Positions 61,646-64,000 of a DNA stretch of 64,000 nucleotides are shown here, piece by piece. The notes below the pieces were generated by a model. It was not told the DNA's origin. It did not search any database and was given only the letters and a program-made list of their open reading frames with translations. The position numbers and the translations under genes were made by a program. Within the stretch, counting starts at the first letter, position 1. Each line of letters opens with the position of its first letter. This DNA is from Lama glama (Eukaryota): contig CM052817.1 in assembly GCA_028534125.1 (NCBI GenBank), positions 66,094,001 through 66,158,000 of the forward strand, given 5' to 3'.

Positions 61646-64000
61646 TTCTTCTTTGAGCCTCAGCTTCATTCCTGATTAGCTCTGTGATCATGAACAAATT
61701 AGTTAACTTCTCTGATCCACAGACTACTCTTCATAGAACAGGTTTCCATGCCAACCACCTGATAAAGTTTACCACAGGGATTAATGGAAAGGGCACTGTA
61801 AAAACAACTGACACCAAGCAGACCACAACATAAAGATAAATTCAACTGTAGTCCAAAAGGGTCCAATTTAAAGAGAAGCAAAAAGAATGGTAAAGTGTTT
61901 CTAAAACAGAAACAGGTATATCTGTAGAGATTGAAGATGATATGTCATCCTCCTGCCATTTCAGTCCTTTCTATTACCTCTTTCTTAACATTCGAGGCCA
62001 GATTTCATCATAAATAGCAACAAGCAGCATAAAATGAATTCTCCAGAATGCCACGTCCTGAGATAAATGCATAAAAAGGTTTCTTGCATGACAACACAAA
62101 TCAACTATGGGTAACCTACAGACAAACATCACTTCTAGCTGCTACACTATTGCCCTGAAGACAAATAACATGTCTTTTTCTCCCACTCACTACCTTCATT
62201 TATGAAAATCTCTGAATAGCAGCTGGGGACAACAGTGTAGAGGAAAGTAATATCTTGAATACATGCCAAATAATCAAAAGCAAAATATCACTTCTGGTAT
62301 CTCTCTCCATAGGATAAAAGTTCAAATAAGAGCAGATGGTATCTTTATTATCTGTAACATAATTGCAATATAATTACATAATCATTTGAAAGTATATATT
62401 ATTGGAGACAATTCTATTATTCTGGAAACAAATCAAATCACTCACAGAACCTGGTAGTTGGAAACCTTATACAGAGGGAAAGTGCATAACCTCACGATAT
62501 ACAATTTAGCATAAGAGTGAAGAGGAAAATTTATTTAAAATAGTAAACAATGTATGCAATTTCCATTTTTTGAAGAATATATAGAAATAATGACATATCA
62601 AGTCTCACTTATGTCTATTCCAATTGAATTCTAATCAAATATTGTCACTGATTGAAACTCCTAGAGGCATGCCTCTCTTTCATAAGAAAAAATTCTAAAG
62701 CCTGGAATGGACTACAAATTTGCTAGCCTCCCTCATTAATTCAAGAAAGAGCAAAACAGTAAAGTGAGTTCAGAAGTTGTATTTTCTAGGGGAATTCTCA
62801 AAAGAGGCACAATCTATGTTGATCTTCTACTTTACAATTTTGCTCTTGAGACACAAGTTAAAGCCACATTAAAAAACAAAACAAAACAAAAACCAGTATT
62901 CAAGCATGTTTCTTACATATTTCTCATATAGCTCATATGTGGAATGAATGGAATACTTAGTCACTGGTTATTTTACTTATATTTTCCTATCTGAATACAG
63001 ACTTACCTGATATTTTTCCTATCTTAATAACATTCAAATTATGTGTGCAATAATAAACACTAGGCATAATCATAATTCAGTATCAATTTCCTTAAAAGGT
63101 AAAGCTTTTTTCAGGCAAGGTCTGGCTCAAAGATTAAAATAAACACACACAGCAGGAAAGTTGTAATGTATATTCTGTTTTTTTAGGCTATGAAATACCA
63201 CATGTATATATATATATGGTATTTCATAGATATGACACACAATGACACACAAGAACTGTCAGTAAAACACCCTAGTTGTACTCCTATTTAAGAATTAAGG
63301 TTATTCATGAATTTGAATAACCTTCCATGTGTTAATGAATACCTTTAAACAACTATACAAAAAAGTCACATTTGAAGTCCAAGGTTCACAAAAATGTCAC
63401 AGGGGGAAAAAAGGAGAGGAAAAGAAAATATGAACCCAAGCTGATCCCAGCAGGGAAGAAATTTTCCCACATACTAGCCGCGAAGCAAGGGAAAGCCAGA
63501 GGCTCCAGTACGAAATTAGAGCTCCCTGAATTTACACTGAGGGCACCGAGGCAGCGTGCTCAGTCTTCCGTCCCAGCTGAGCCTGTGACCTGCAGCTATT
63601 TCTCCCTTAGGATTTCTCACAGTGAGTCCAGCCAGGTTCAGCTAGATCAGAAATGTGTTTAGCAATCACAGGAACAGAGAAATATATTTCTCTAATCACC
63701 CACCTCAGAGAAGCATTAGAATTCTGAATCTGAATCATCACCCTTTTCTTTTAAGGAATTACATCATCAGTTTAAAAGTGCAACTAGACTAGTCCTAAGC
63801 ATTTGTCATTGTACAGAATAGCGACAACTGGTACATGAAAAATTCTGATCTCAAAACAATTCACATTTGCATCTAAAATGCTACGATGAAACCACATAAC
63901 TCCCTCCTCAAAATGTTTCATGTGACGTCTCCTTGAAGTGGCTTTCACTTTAGCTATGTGTGGCTTCCTTTATTTGCTTTAGAGACAAAAATATGAAAAT

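Noticed and set aside
63595..63627. Plus-strand micro-exon-like pattern (TTTCTCCCTTAG|GATTTCTCACA|GTGAGT)
   Set aside because: It is on the opposite strand to the inferred host. It shows that such patterns can arise by chance, which is a caveat for the minus-strand micro-exon candidates.
1..64000. CRISPR arrays, operons, prophage, NUMT or processed pseudogene
   Set aside because: The sequence is mammalian intronic DNA. I saw no repeat-spacer array, gene-dense tract or recognisable mitochondrial or mRNA-derived segment, although a diverged one could be missed without a search.

Overview
AT-rich mammalian genomic DNA, not microbial. Three copies of a tRNA(Ala)-derived Vic-1-type SINE point to a camelid (camel, llama or alpaca). 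I see no credible protein-coding region: the ORF track looks like chance ORFs in repeats and intron sequence. The window is best explained as deep intronic sequence of a large minus-strand gene. It has one well-defined 118-nt internal exon (25167-25284) with stops in all three frames and five ATGs, so it behaves like a 5'UTR exon with uORFs. I cannot identify the host gene with certainty. The rest is ancient repeats (MIR, L2, L1M, MER3/5/20/102, MLT1/LTR16-like), younger camelid L1 fragments, microsatellites and several enhancer-like motif clusters. Nothing here proves a new biological system. The best leads are the uORF-dense exon, a CpG-enriched element with a second candidate exon just upstream, two micro-exon candidates and a recursive-splice-like site. 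Repeat names come from recalled consensus sequences and their boundaries are approximate.
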